A DNA stretch of 63,937 nucleotides, counting the filler, from Chiloscyllium plagiosum (taxonomy: Eukaryota), in assembly GCF_004010195.1 (NCBI RefSeq). It is 4 parts of one record of this genome, joined end to end, with 100 filler letters (N's around TTAATTAATTAA, not from the genome) between each part and the next. Parts side by side here need not be neighbours in the genome. Positions count along the whole stretch, not along the records: positions 1 to 30,147 come from NC_057716.1; 3 more parts are not named here. The stretch is one strand, 5' to 3'. Positions 1-12,279 of this stretch are shown one piece after another; the stretch's first letter is position 1; the number at the start of each line of letters is the position of its first letter. Under the pieces are notes generated by a model. The model was not told the DNA's origin. It saw only the letters and a program-made list of their open reading frames with translations, and did not search any database. The translations under genes were made by a program, and so were the position numbers.

Positions 1-356
1 TTTCCTCATTTCCCCTTCCCCCACCTCACCCCAGCTCCAAACCTCCAGCTCAGCACTGTCCCCATGACGTCCTACCTGCCTATCTTCCTTTCCACTCCAC
101 CCTCCTCCCTGACCTATCACCTTCATCCCCTCCCCTACTCACCTATTGTACTCTCTGCTACTTTCTCCCCAACCCCACCCTCCTCTCATTTTATCTTTCC
201 ACCCTTCAGGCATTCTGCCTGTATTCCTGATGAAGGGCTTTTGCCCGAAACGTCGATTTTACTGTTCCTCGGATGCTGCCTGAACTGCTGTGCTTTTCCA
301 GCACCACTCTAATCTAAACTCTGGTTTCCAGCATCTGCAGTCATTGTTTTTACCTA
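1..356 (+). mobile_element. Penelope-like element 3'/pLTR end (subfamily A, ends ...GTCATTGTTTTTACCT)
   Basis: Pyrimidine-rich tract, then a hammerhead core, then GGATGCTGCCTGAACTGCTGTGC...CCAGCATCTGCAG. The same block recurs at 30248, 42043 and 48535, and a related copy is linked to a GIY-YIG-region fragment at 38727-39430. Confidence 0.8.
223..258 (+). ncRNA. Minimal type I hammerhead ribozyme motif
   Basis: CUGAUGA (227-233), extra A, stem II GGGC-UUUU-GCCC (235-246), GAAA (247-250), loopless palindromic stem III AC/GU, predicted cleavage after GUC (254), short stem I AUUC/GAUU. Confidence 0.75.
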
Positions 357-474
357 CTGTTCCAGTTATTTGATTCAGTGCTTAAACCTTGATTTATCAT
401 TGTCTGAGGCATCTGTGTAACGTTTAATTCTGCAAACCAGCGACTTTTTTTTTCCAAATACTTGTTTCTTTCAG

Positions 475-542
475 AATATTGCCTTGTGACACGATATTTA
501 AAAAATGCTTCAGTTTATACAGGACCTTATTTTTCTGCCCAG
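475..542 (+). CDS. Possible isolated host exon (unidentified)
   Basis: Polypyrimidine acceptor TTGTTTCTTTCAG and donor CAG|GTAACT. The 68 nt are open in two frames (YCLVTRYLKNASVYTGPYFSAQ or ILPCDTIFKKCFSLYRTLFFCP). No protein recognised. Confidence 0.25.
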
Positions 543-589
543 GTAACTCAGTTTAACATGCAATTGTTTTTGCTTAGACATTGCCATTA

Positions 590-866
590 TCTCGCAGTTC
601 ACTTTGTGTGCAAGATCTCAAACAATTGAGATGAACAGCCAGTTGATTTGTATTTGGGTTCCTTGTTGATTGGTGACCAGAAATACTCCTTCTGTTTCAA
701 TAATATGTGGTATTTAAGAGCCTCCCAAACAAGGTCATGGGAGGTAATATGGTTTTTTTGACTTTTGAAATGAAGTTAGACTATGTATTTGTCCTAGAAT
801 TTATTCTGAACCCATGACTTCATGAGCTGAGCTGTGGTGAGAGTGCCATCATCTGAGTGGAACTGC
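590..866 (-). mobile_element. Decayed SacSINE1/DeuSINE-like SINE
   Basis: Degenerate resemblance to the Deu-domain, plus a tRNA-like head on the minus strand (CTGAACCCATGACTT...GAGAGTGCCATCATCTGAG). Confidence 0.4.
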
Positions 867-3231
867 ATAATGCAACATCAGTTATAAAAAGATAAAAAAC
901 ATTGGATTGGATCTTCCACTTGCATTCCTTCCAAGGACAAGTTGAATGTAGTTTTCTCCATTTTCACCATGTGCATTGTCACCATTTTCATAGTGTGTTT
1001 TTCTCCTCTTAATTGAAAGAGTCACAATTTTGACAATGAACTGGTGATTAGTTTATTTTGTATAAATACTGAGTTTGATATTTATGGCTGTTTGAAGGAT
1101 TTGGATCCATGCTATTTGTTCATGCAAGAAAGCAGTAAGTTTTGTTTTAAATGCTGAATTGTTTACAAACTCAGTGGAACAGTCTTTCTCCATCTGTTAT
1201 GCACAGAGGATGAAGCACACATTGATGCTTCATATTCAACACTGCCAGTGTTGTTTGTTTCCATTACACTTGTTTCTTCAATAGGTAGTTCTCACATAGG
1301 CGTAATTGTGGAATTTTCTTTTGAGTTTGCAGTGTTGTTCACCAATTTACTGATTCCAGATATCTTTAGATCTTGTTCAGTTTCCTCAATAGTATGTTTT
1401 AGCTATGTGCCATCATAGTGACTTGCTGCTTTTATGATCTTATTAATCATAGAAAACGCTTCAACATAAATTACTGCTGAATGCTCCAATCTGGCAACCA
1501 TAACTTATATTGCTGACTCCATACACTTAGCAAACAAGGCAGAACATTAGACATGAGTTCACTTGCCAGATACATTTTTAACATTACCAAAGTGCTTCAT
1601 AAGACGGTTGATTCTTAACTGGCAGAGTTTTGTAAAAAAAGTAAGCTCAAGTTAATTATAATTTGCTTTCACCAGTGACACACAATCATTTGAACAATGT
1701 GTCTATCTTATTTTTCCCCTCTCCCATCCTAGCTCCTGTTCCCCGCCAAATTAATTTAAACACACTCACTAGCAACTACCCACAAGAATTCTGGCCCTGG
1801 AGAAATGCAAACCATCTGGCCTGTGCAGGTTCCACCTTCCCTGTGAATATGTCTCATTGTACAAATAATTTATGCCTTTTCTCCAGCTCCCCCTCTCCAT
1901 CTGTTCTATCCTCTTAGTTCTGTACCTACTGCTAGTAACTAACTGTTGAGGTCCTGCTTGATAGTCGTCATCTTAACTTCCTGAAATGTGCCTGAAAAAC
2001 CTCACCTTTGTTTCCTTTTAAAACCATTTGTACTGATATTAACCATGACCACTGACTCTTCACTTTTCCCATTCTTGTACCACATCCCCGCTGTTCTTCA
2101 GCAGCTGAATGAAATTGCTCAGCATCTGGCTGAGGTTAAAATTCTGAAGTAACATCAGTTCATTGTAGTTATTTCTGAGTCACACTCTAATTTTTATGCT
2201 GCCACACCATCACCTTTTTATTTATCAAATAAAGCAGTCTGTCACAAAATAGTTGTTTCCAAACTTTTTGCAACCTGTTGGGTAAATCCTAAAAATCCTA
2301 GGATATCTAAAGTAGTGTAATATTTAATGTAATATAATGCTGCCTTTCGTCAATATCTATTGTCTTCATATTTGTTTAGTTTTATCGCATTCTATTCTTA
2401 TATTAATTTTTAATATAACGACACAAATACACCATTTGGCCAAAGTGCAGGACTCACAACTCAGTAGTTGAGTTAGTTTTTGTCGAAAGGGCTTTCTTAC
2501 ATCTGATCTAATTCTCAGACTATTGGTTGCATTGAGGCTTAATTTCCTTCCCCCCCCCCCCCCAAAACAAAAACACAACTAAACATTGTTTTCACAATTA
2601 CTGTTAACAATTTCAATATACTTCACATTCTGGGAATCTGATATAAGTATGGTAAGTGCTGGTGTCATCCCGTCCTCCCACCCCACCGCCGGTTGAAGCA
2701 AAACGCTCAGAGTATAGTTTTACTTCCTTTACAATTACTCCAGGCCCTGGAGGGAGAGAGAGCAATCGCCCATGTGCACAGAGACATGAGTTCATGGTCT
2801 TCTCTGGAATAGCAGTTTCTTGCTGAATTAGCATCCAGATAAGGCACCATACATATTGATTGGGTGACCATTACAATCAGTGAGAGTACTAGTCAAGATT
2901 AAGCCATCTGCTGTTTCCTAATGAATAACTGGCTTCACATAATGAATACTTTTCACCTTGTTAAACTGACCTCACACATACTGAATGCTTCCAATATTGT
3001 TAAATGCCTCCACATAATGACTGCTTTTCCATCTTGTTAACTCATTAGCCTTGCTTCCAGCACCCCAATGTTAACTGTAAGTTCTGATCTGATCTGAGTC
3101 ATGCTCAGCTGAACCCCTTGTTTCACAAAACTCCGGCCTTAACTCTTTCCCTATCTGCTTATACCCTGTATACATTCTCACTGGAACAGTAACTGGCTTT
3201 ATACTGTACAAATGTTCTGTGACCTTTTTTA

Positions 3232-3525
3232 CGTTCTTTCATGAGACATAATTACTGGCAAGGCCAGCATTTGTTGCCAGTCCCAAATTGCTTTTGAACT
3301 GTGCAGCTTGCTTAGCCATTTCAGAGGTCAGCTCAGAACCAACCACATTGCTCTGACTGTGGAGTTGCATGTAGGCCAGACCAAGTAAGAATGGCCAATT
3401 TCCTTCTCTGAAGGACATGAATCAGCCATATTTCTTTTTATTGCAGCAATCAATGGTAGCTTCATGGCACCAGTGCAACCTCAGAGCATTAGTCTTAGCC
3501 TCTGAGTTACTAGGCCAGTGACACC
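3232..3525 (-). mobile_element. tRNA-headed SINE sharing its tail with the second LINE family
   Basis: Reverse-complement similarity to 62510-63237 (GGCCAGCATTT..., CATGTAGGCCAGACCAAGTAAG, TTACTAGGCCAGTGACA). Confidence 0.6.
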
Positions 3526-3559
3526 TGTGATCTCTAATCTTGTTCACCTTATAACGTTC

Positions 3560-3740
3560 CCTTCTGTTCCACTTGCTCTTCCCATCTTACTTTACACTGT
3601 ATAAAGCCAATCACTTTCAATCTCCCGTCACTTCCAAAGAGTCATATTGGACTTGAAATTTTAACTCTGTTTCTCTCTGTACGGATGCTGCAAGACCTCT
3701 TGGGTTTCTCCAGTACTTTCAGTTTATATTTCAAATTCCG
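3560..3740 (+). mobile_element. Old Penelope-like pLTR remnant
   Basis: GAGTC..GACTTGAAATTTTAACTCTG...GATGCTGCAAGACC..TTTCTCCAG; related to 47483-47708. Confidence 0.5.
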
Positions 3741-3931
3741 TTTGTTGTTTTCAGATATTGGTATCTGCCCAACCATTGGCTTAGGCAAAATATTCTGTTT
3801 TGATGGTGGTCATCAACACAGAAGGTTGGAAAGGATTATTGATAGCAGGCACATCCAGCTCTAAGCCAACTCAGTAAATCCCAAGATAAAAGATGGTTGA
3901 TATAAAAGTTGACAAACCAACATTCTGCTGA

Positions 3932-5149
3932 TGAAAAATGTCCCTATTACAGAGGTCAAGGTGCTGGATGTTTTGAAAAGGAAAAAAAGTGGATAAATCC
4001 CCAGGACATGATCAGGTGTTCCTTAGAACTCTGTGGGAAGCTATGGAAGTGATTGCTGGGTCCCTTGTTAAGCTGTTTGTATCATCAATAGTCACAGGTA
4101 AGGTGCTGGAAGACCGGAGCTTAGCTAACATGGTGCCACTATTTAAGAAACGTGGTAAGGAAAAACCAGGGAACTACAGACTGGTCAGCCTTATGTCAGT
4201 GGTAGGCAAGTTGTTGGAGGGAATCCCAACGGACAGGATTTACATGTGGTTGGAAAGGCAAGGACTGATTAGGGATAGGCAGCATGGCTCTGTGCATGGG
4301 AAACCATGTCTCACTTACTTGATTGAGTTTTTTGAAGAAGTAACAAAGAGGATTGATGAGGGCAGAGCAGTGAACGTGATACATATTGACTTCAGTCAGG
4401 TGTTTGACAAGGTTCCTCATGGGAAACTGGTTAGCAGGGTTAGATCTCATGGAATACAGCCATTTGGGTACAGAACAGGCTCAAAGGTAGAAGACGCAGG
4501 ATGGTGTTAGAGGATTGTTTTTCAGTCTGGAGGCCTGTAACCAGTGGTGTGCCACAGGATCGGTGCTGGGTCCACTACTTTTCATCACTTATATAAATGA
4601 TTTGGATGTGAACATAGGAGGTGCAGTTTGTAGGTTAGCAGAATGACACCAAAGTTGGAAGTGTAGTGGACAGTGAAGAAGGCTACCTCAGAGTACAACA
4701 GGATCTTGATCAGATGGGCCTCTGGGCTGAGAAGTGGCAGATGGAGTTTAATTTAGACAAATGTGAGGTGCTGCATTTTGGGAAAGCAGATCTTAACAGG
4801 ACTTATACACTTGATGGTAAGGTCCTCGGGAGTGTTGCTGATTAAAGACCTTGGAGTGCAGGTTCGTAGCTCTTTGAAAGTGGAGTCGCAGGTAGATATG
4901 ATAGTGAAGAAGGCGTTTGGTATGCTTTCCTTTATTGGTCAGAGTATTGAGTACAGGAATTGGGAGGTCATGCTGCGGCTGTACAGGGCACTAGTTAGGC
5001 CATTTTTGCAATGTTTCATGCAGTTATGGTCTCCTTCCTATTGGAAGGATGTTGTGAAACTTGAAAGGGTTTAGAAAAGATTTACAAGGATGTTGCCAGG
5101 GTAGGAGGATTTGAGTTATTGGGAGAGGCTGAATAGGCTGGGGCTCTTT
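3932..5149 (+). mobile_element. CR1 (HER1-like) LINE ORF2 RT fragment, pseudogenised
   Basis: ORFs show [45 protein letters not shown] and LYRALVRP; frameshifts present. Confidence 0.92.
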
Positions 5150-5150
5150 T

Positions 5151-6522
5151 GAAATCTAGTCCAATAACAATTATTAAACATTAAATTAACTTAATCCAAG
5201 TCCATACAGTAGCTTATGCTGTCTTCCTTTCATCCTTCTGAATCTGCTGTTTCCTCTGTTTTTCCGATTCTGCTGTTTTCTCCCTGGACTGTCTTCTACG
5301 ATTTTTGTTACTATGAGTATCTTTTGTATAAAATTTCTTGGTGCCTTGTGAGAGATTTCTTTGGGAGTGTTACAACATGGACGTGAACCCTTCTGTTAAT
5401 TAAACTAAGCACTTAGAAAAGCTCACCTTGCTTTATAATCTGTTAAAATGAGTTATAGAGAACTCTCAAATTCCACTTTTAAAGAAAATACCATCAATTT
5501 ACTTTTTAAACTCTAAAAGTCAAGATTAAACAACTGTTCACAATTCTAAGCCCCCCCTTTCTTTTAAATGCGTATTATCTGCCTCCAACTTTATAACAAT
5601 ATGCTGTTCCAACAGACACTTTTTAAAATTACACCAACTTAATTTCAAAACCACACAGCTGCTGTCGACTTCTGTCTTCCCTCTTCCGGCTGAATATCTC
5701 TCTAGGTCATTTTCTTTCTCTTTATTGTGAGTATGTTTCATATGAAAAGGTACCTTTTTTGATAGAGTGTGTTTCTTAATTTCTTGGAGAGCAAGATGTT
5801 AGGTCTCCATGTATTTCTGTCGAGATGGCAGTTGCTCTCTTTCCAATTTTCAAAATGTCCGCATTTTTATATTCCCAACGTCAGATTGACTCATTGGTTC
5901 GATGTTGACAAAACAATAAATTCAGACTCAATTGGATTCCAGTATCTAGGGGCACAATTTAAACTGGTTAAATTTGAAATTTTGTCAAATCAGTAATTAA
6001 AACTCAGATATCCCTTTCACAGCCAAATGTTACTACTTTTCAGTTTTCCAGTACACACTGGGACTGTCATCTTGTCATATACACAGGTGCTTGTAATCTC
6101 TTAGTTCAGAGCAGCATTCTGTCTTTCTCAAAGGAAAAGTACACACTTTCAACTTTGTAACATGTGCATTGAGAGCCCTTTCAGATATCATGTGCTCTTA
6201 TATTCGATGGGCAGTCAGCTCTGACTAATTTTAAAAATGCCATTGCTTTTTTCACCCCAAGACTCATACCCTCTCATTGGTCCAGTGTAGTCAATACAAT
6301 CAAATTCAATTTCAATTGGTTTTTGGTATCCTGGGCAAAATTTAAATTAATTGGTTAAATTTAAATCTGATTGTCTTAACATCAAAACATAACCCTAAAC
6401 CGATGGTTACATATTATCAATTCTCAGCACTCTCATCACAGACACAGAAGCTGTCAAAATCTCAGCTCAGAAATGCACCCTCTCTCTTTCAAGTGACCAT
6501 ACACGTTTTCGACTTTGTAACA
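5151..6522. mobile_element. Older LTR-like element interrupted by a related younger LTR
   Basis: 5151-5367 and 6163-6522 resemble parts of 5368-6162; both end ...CTTTGTAACA. Confidence 0.5.
5368..6162. mobile_element. Solo LTR-like element
   Basis: Inverted termini TGTTACAA...TTGTAACA (TG..CA), about 795 bp, non-coding; no clear TSD. Confidence 0.6.
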
Positions 6523-6875
6523 CACAAGACTTACTTTTGTTAGGCATGGCTGTGTAAGAAGTTTGTGGCAAGCATACTTAGGTTGGTGAGGTGAAAAATT
6601 TTCCAATTTGTTTTGTTTCTTTGCTCAAAAAACCAGGATTCGATGGAAATTTGTGATGTAGCAACTTTCCAAAGTGCAGAGTTTTGTTTATGCTAAAAGA
6701 TAAAGTGAACCATATGCAGTACTTTCAAAGATAAATTTGAAGAATTTCCATGATAAAACTCTGAAATCAACTGGAAATTGACTTTCGTTAGTTAAAAATC
6801 TTACTGGGACCTGAATTGCTAATTTATGATATGATTTCTGTTGTAGAGTTCTGTAAAAATGAAAATCAAGTGGAT

Positions 6876-7760
6876 TAGAGAGTCATACAACACAGAAGCA
6901 GACCCTTTGGTCCAATTCGTCTAAACCAACCTGGCATCACAATCTAGCGTAGTCCCATTTGCCTGCATTTGGCCCTTATCCCTCTAAACCCCTCCTATTA
7001 ACATATCCATCCAGATCCTTTTCAATGGTGTAATTGTACCTGCCCCACCACCTCTGGCAGCTAGTCCATAAGTGCACAACCCTTTTGCATGAAAAAGTTA
7101 CCTTTCAGGTCCTTAAATCTTGCCCCTCTCACCGTAAAAGCCTCTCGTGTGTTCCCCCCCCACCGTGGAAGCCAAGATCTTGGATACTCATCCTATCCAT
7201 GCACCTCATGATTTTATAGACTTCTTTAAGGTCATCCATTTGCCTCGCACACTCTAGGCAAAAATGCCCCAGCTTGTTCAGCCTTTCCTCACCTTCCACT
7301 CCCCGAAACATCATTGTTAATTGTTTTTTGTACCCTCTCAAGTTTAACAAAATCCTTTCTTGACAAAGGTGACCAGAATTCTATGCAGTATCCTAAAAGT
7401 GGTCTCACCAATGTCCTGAACAGCTGCAACTCCTATACTCAATATTCTGACCAATGAAAGCAAGTGTGCCAGATACCGCATTCACCACCCTGTCGATCTG
7501 TGACTCCGCTTCCAAGGAAATATGCACCTGCACCCTTAGTTCTCTCTTTTTGGTAATACTCCATTAAGTACAGAGATTATGCCCTGGTTTGCCTTTCCAA
7601 AATGGCCTGGTTTGCCTTACCTTTATCTAAATTAAACTCCATCTTGGCCCGTTGGCCCATCTGATCAAGATTCTATTGTACTCTTCGATAATCTTCTTTG
7701 TCCACTGTGCTACCTATTTTGGTGTCATCTGCAAACTTCCAATACTTCCTCTATTCACAT
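6876..7760 (-). mobile_element. CR1 LINE 3' fragment
   Basis: Minus-strand ERLNKLGHFCLE...DLKEVYKIM; FADDTK region near 7720; CR1 3' UTR at the left end. Confidence 0.88.
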
Positions 7761-10700
7761 TTGGTAGATTCAAGTTTCTGTTAGTTTTCAGTTCTGGTTT
7801 TTTAGTCCAGTGACTTTACCACTGTGATACAACCTCCCCCTAATTAATGATTTATAGCAATTGGGTGTAACGACCTATTAAAATGAGGATTATACATTAC
7901 CAAAGCAATTGAGATGTGATTGTGTGTGCTTTAAAACATAAACATCCTGTTCCCAGACTGGCAAATATTAAGTTCTTGCCCTCCATAATATTAATTTATG
8001 TATCTCTGTTGCACTGTTGTAGGAATATTTGAGGCCAGATATTTCCCCTACTGCGGAAAGAAATTTTTTTTTGATTTTTTTTGTGTAGTGAAGAGTAGAA
8101 TCTCTGCTCCTTTTCAACTGTTGGCAGGCCACAGGCAGCGTATGAGGAGACGCTAGGATTTCACAATTTAAAAATTAAAAGCTTACTTCCTCGGTGCAAC
8201 TATCATTTGCAAAAGAAAAAAGAAAACCATGGAACCTGTCACATGTGGAATAAATCTTTTCAACATCAGTTTCTGAAGCAAGGTATCAATTTAGCTGCTT
8301 CTCTTGACATCTTCTCAACTGCAGAGAAGGAGTTTATGCAAATTCTACAAGTACTGAGGGACTAAGGGTAAAGAACAGAGTTCAGTATTGCAAGCTTTTA
8401 TATTGACTCTATTTCTAGCTGTAAATTATGAAACATTCCCCAATTAATTTGTTTTAAAGTATACCTTCCACATATAGATTTTTGTTCTGCGGTCTATTCA
8501 ATGTTTAATGTTTTTTATGCTTTTCTTCAAAGCCCTAAATAGGAGAATGTGGTGGTATTGCATCTTCATGGTCAGCTTGAAGAGCATGAACAGCAGACGA
8601 TATCTTTGTATTCACCCATATAATTCAGAACTGGTTCTTGTTTTAAATTCAGTATCTTAATATTTTTGAGACACCATTTATTCTTATGCAAATGAAATTA
8701 GAGTTTACCTTCACCTTATGATTATCTGTCTCCTTTTTTGAAGGTGGTAACGAGTTGAGCTATGGTTTGCCGAATGCAATAAGTACCTTCTCCTTATCCA
8801 TTCTGCAAGTGAAAATCTGGTCAATAAGCTTTGGTAGGCTGTTAAAGTGTCTCAGATGATTGTAATCAAGCTTGATTTTACTCCTCTTGCGCTGCTAAAA
8901 TGAGGAATGTTCATTACATAAAGTGGAAAAATTCCCCTCCCACCCTCACATGGTCCATTTTCCTACAGTGGGTGTTGGCGTTTAACTTCACAGTTTTCTG
9001 GTATGTTCAACTTAATACCACAACACGTCTCACGTTTACTTGTGAGGACTGAGTATAATTTCTAAAGCTAACCGGCAGCAGCAAATTAAGTTCAGTGAAT
9101 CTAGGAAATATTTTCTTAATGAATCAGAAATTGAGCATTTTTTCCATTTTTAGCATCAAGTGACAGCATCAACAGTTACCAGTTTATCTGTGACATTGTC
9201 ACAATGCATTTTCTTGTAGCCCAGAAGAGAATTCCAAATATTCTTTTAGTAATTCCAAACCACTAAAGCTTTACATTTTCCATATCACTACTCCCTGGCA
9301 TTAAGTTTATATCAACTGCTTCCAAAATCAGACTGTTTGTGCCATGAATCATTTGCCTCTTGAAAGTCAAATTGGTGTTGCCAAGGTTTCTGTCATGAAG
9401 TGCTATGAATTTGGTCTTTTTCTGAATCCTGCTTCCAATGATATAAGGCTTGTGCATTACCTGCTGTTATCCAGTCTCTGTCTCCTCCTTTGGAAGTCAC
9501 TTTAAGATGCTGTGGAAACCTCAAATATTGCCCATATTAGGACCAAGAGAAGATATATATTGAAATTCATGTAGTGTACACCCAGACTGAAGGCATTGCA
9601 TTTTGTTTGAAAGTTGCTGATGTCATGTGCCATTTTGTAGTTATTCTGTCTCTTGAAACTTGGTGATGACTAGCATAGGCCATGCTGAGGTGCAGTTCAG
9701 GTATGGATTGTGGGAAAATGCATTTAGAAAGATGAACAAAGCAGGACTCAGGTGGAGTGTAGAATTTAATATTGAATCAAGAGACATGGGGATTGTGATT
9801 TTCCTTCCAAAAGTTATCAAATGTTTTTGTAACTGTTGAAGATACTATGCTGTGAGCTCAATTTTGGTAATTTGCACTCTAGTTGCTTTCCAGTATTTTT
9901 CAAAACTGCCCCGAGGAAGAAACTGCTGATTAACCATGACTTTTCAATTGTCTGGATGCTATCTGCTAGCTAATTTTACTTCAATAACTAACGATACCTT
10001 TTTAATAGCACCATCAAGAAAAGTAGTCCATCCTTTACACAAACGTCATTTTGGATTTATCTATTTATACTTAATCAGAAAAGCTTGGACGTCAGGAGAG
10101 CATCCAACCAAAGATATCACAACTCCCTCTTCTTAATCATCCCCTTCCATTTTGAACAGTTGCTCCTAACTCAGCACTAGTCACTCATGTGTATTTTGGA
10201 GTTTTCGTCAGCTCCTTGATTGCTTCAGCATGCAAAGAAGTAGGAAGAAGCAATTTCCACGTATGCGCAGAATTCCAAGGAGAAGACAAGCTGATCAAAA
10301 AGGCATTGTGGACAATTCAAAAATGAAAATCCTATGAATAAATGTGATAATGTAGTGAAAGTTAATTGCTTCTGTAATTTTAGGTGTGTTATTTTCAGAT
10401 CTTGGTCTTCAATAATAGTTGAATTAGTATTCTTTAGTTAACAGGAGTTTTTTTTTCAAATTGCATGTTGCAAATTGAGCAAATTGCTCTAACACAGAGA
10501 CAAATAAGTGTTTCTAGCATGTTTGTGCATAGGTGAATTGTTCCAATGTTATCTGTGTTGCATGTATTTTCAGAAATAGGATGGGCAATCAGCTTATGCA
10601 TTGAAGGCTATCCATTTAACATTCTCAGCTAATTTTATAGAGTGACAATCACCTGCTGAACTGTAGGAAGCAAACAATGAATGTCAAGTGCAGATATTTC

Positions 10701-10779
10701 TGTACATAGGAGACTTCTCGGTAATTTTCTTTGGCTGATAGGAGTAGTCTCAGGGCTTAATGGTTTATGAATATTTTAA

Positions 10780-11428
10780 TACAGCACAGAGGTGGAATGA
10801 GTAGAGAGTGTCAAGCTCCTGGGTGTGGTCATCCACAACATGTTTCTTGGACTCTTCATGTGGGTGCACTGTTTACAAAGGCCCAACAGCTGAGGAAATT
10901 TGGTATGATGGCGAATACCCTTGCCAAGTTTTATAGGTGTGCCATTGAGAGCATTCTGTCTGGAGGTATCACGACCTGGTATGGCAACTGTACCATTCAA
11001 GATCGGAGACAGTTACAGAGAGTGGTGAACTCTGCCCGGGCAGTTACAAAGGCCAACGTCCCATCTTTAGAATCAATCTACCAGGCCTGCTGTCAAGGAA
11101 AGACTAACAGCATTCTCAACGATCCATCCCACCCTAGCAATGTTTTTCTACAATCTCTAACATTCGGGGAGAAGGTGCAGAAGCCTACACGCGCACACCC
11201 ACACACCACACACCACGTTTCGAAACAGTTTCTACCCTCCTGTTGTTAAAATACTGAATAGGCTCTCAAACTCTTAACATGCGCCTGCACCTGTGTTTTT
11301 GCTGCTGTTTACCTATCATTTACTTCGCTGTGGTACTTAAATATTTGATCTGCCTGTATTGCTCGCAAGACAAAGCTTTTCATTGTGCCTCGGTACACGT
11401 GACAATAAATTCAATTGAATTCAATTAC
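10780..11428 (+). mobile_element. Rex1/Babar LINE 3' fragment
   Basis: KAQQ..LRKFG..TL.KFYRCAIESILSGGITTWYGNC; tail TGACAATAAATTCAATT. Confidence 0.85.
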
Positions 11429-12279
11429 CAATTTGAGAAAGCCTACAAGCTACTTTATTTTCCATATTAAATTGCTGCTTTGGAGTCAATGGTAAAGAAT
11501 AAAAGGATGAGTCCAATTGAGATGTTGATGGCAGAATGAATTATTGTGGCTTCCCCATTTCCTCTGTTATTACTGCAGAGGTAATTAAGGTTACTTCTTC
11601 TCAGACCATTGTATTTACAAATGAAAATATTTCATTTTATAAAATCCATAAAATGAAATTTATTCCAGATTAATATCAGGGCCTTGATACATTGCGTTTT
11701 AGGGAATTTGTAATATTTCAAAACATCCTGGAGATCCTTGTGCTTAAAGTGTAATAAAACGCATGTACATTCTCATCTTGCCACAAATTTCTAATGTGTT
11801 ACTTGATTCCTTGTCTACCTTTGTCATTTACTGTTCTGGATTCGAACAGTACAATGCATACCTACATCTTTAGTGCTCTGTAGCCTAAAGTGAATAAGTC
11901 TAATGTTTAAGCATACATAGAAGTAGTCACCAATTTTATATATGTAATTATTGCGATGTAATTGATATTTATTTGGCTAGATTGGCTTGATAAATTAATC
12001 ACTCGTGGTTACCATACAAATATTTTTCAGTTTTTATTGTTGGAAGTTTGAATTTGAACAAAGGCTCAAAGGGTGTCAGAATGAGGTTCAATGGAAAGTA
12101 AAAGTGGCTTCCTAAAATGGCTAAAATTTGAGGCGCTTTAATCACTTGCAGTATATTTCATTGTGTGCAAAAATCAGGCAATATCAATCTGACTTAATAG
12201 TACCACAGACTACTGGAGATCTAGAAATTATTTGTGCATATATAAAGATAGAGCATATATATTCATAGTTTAGTCTAAT

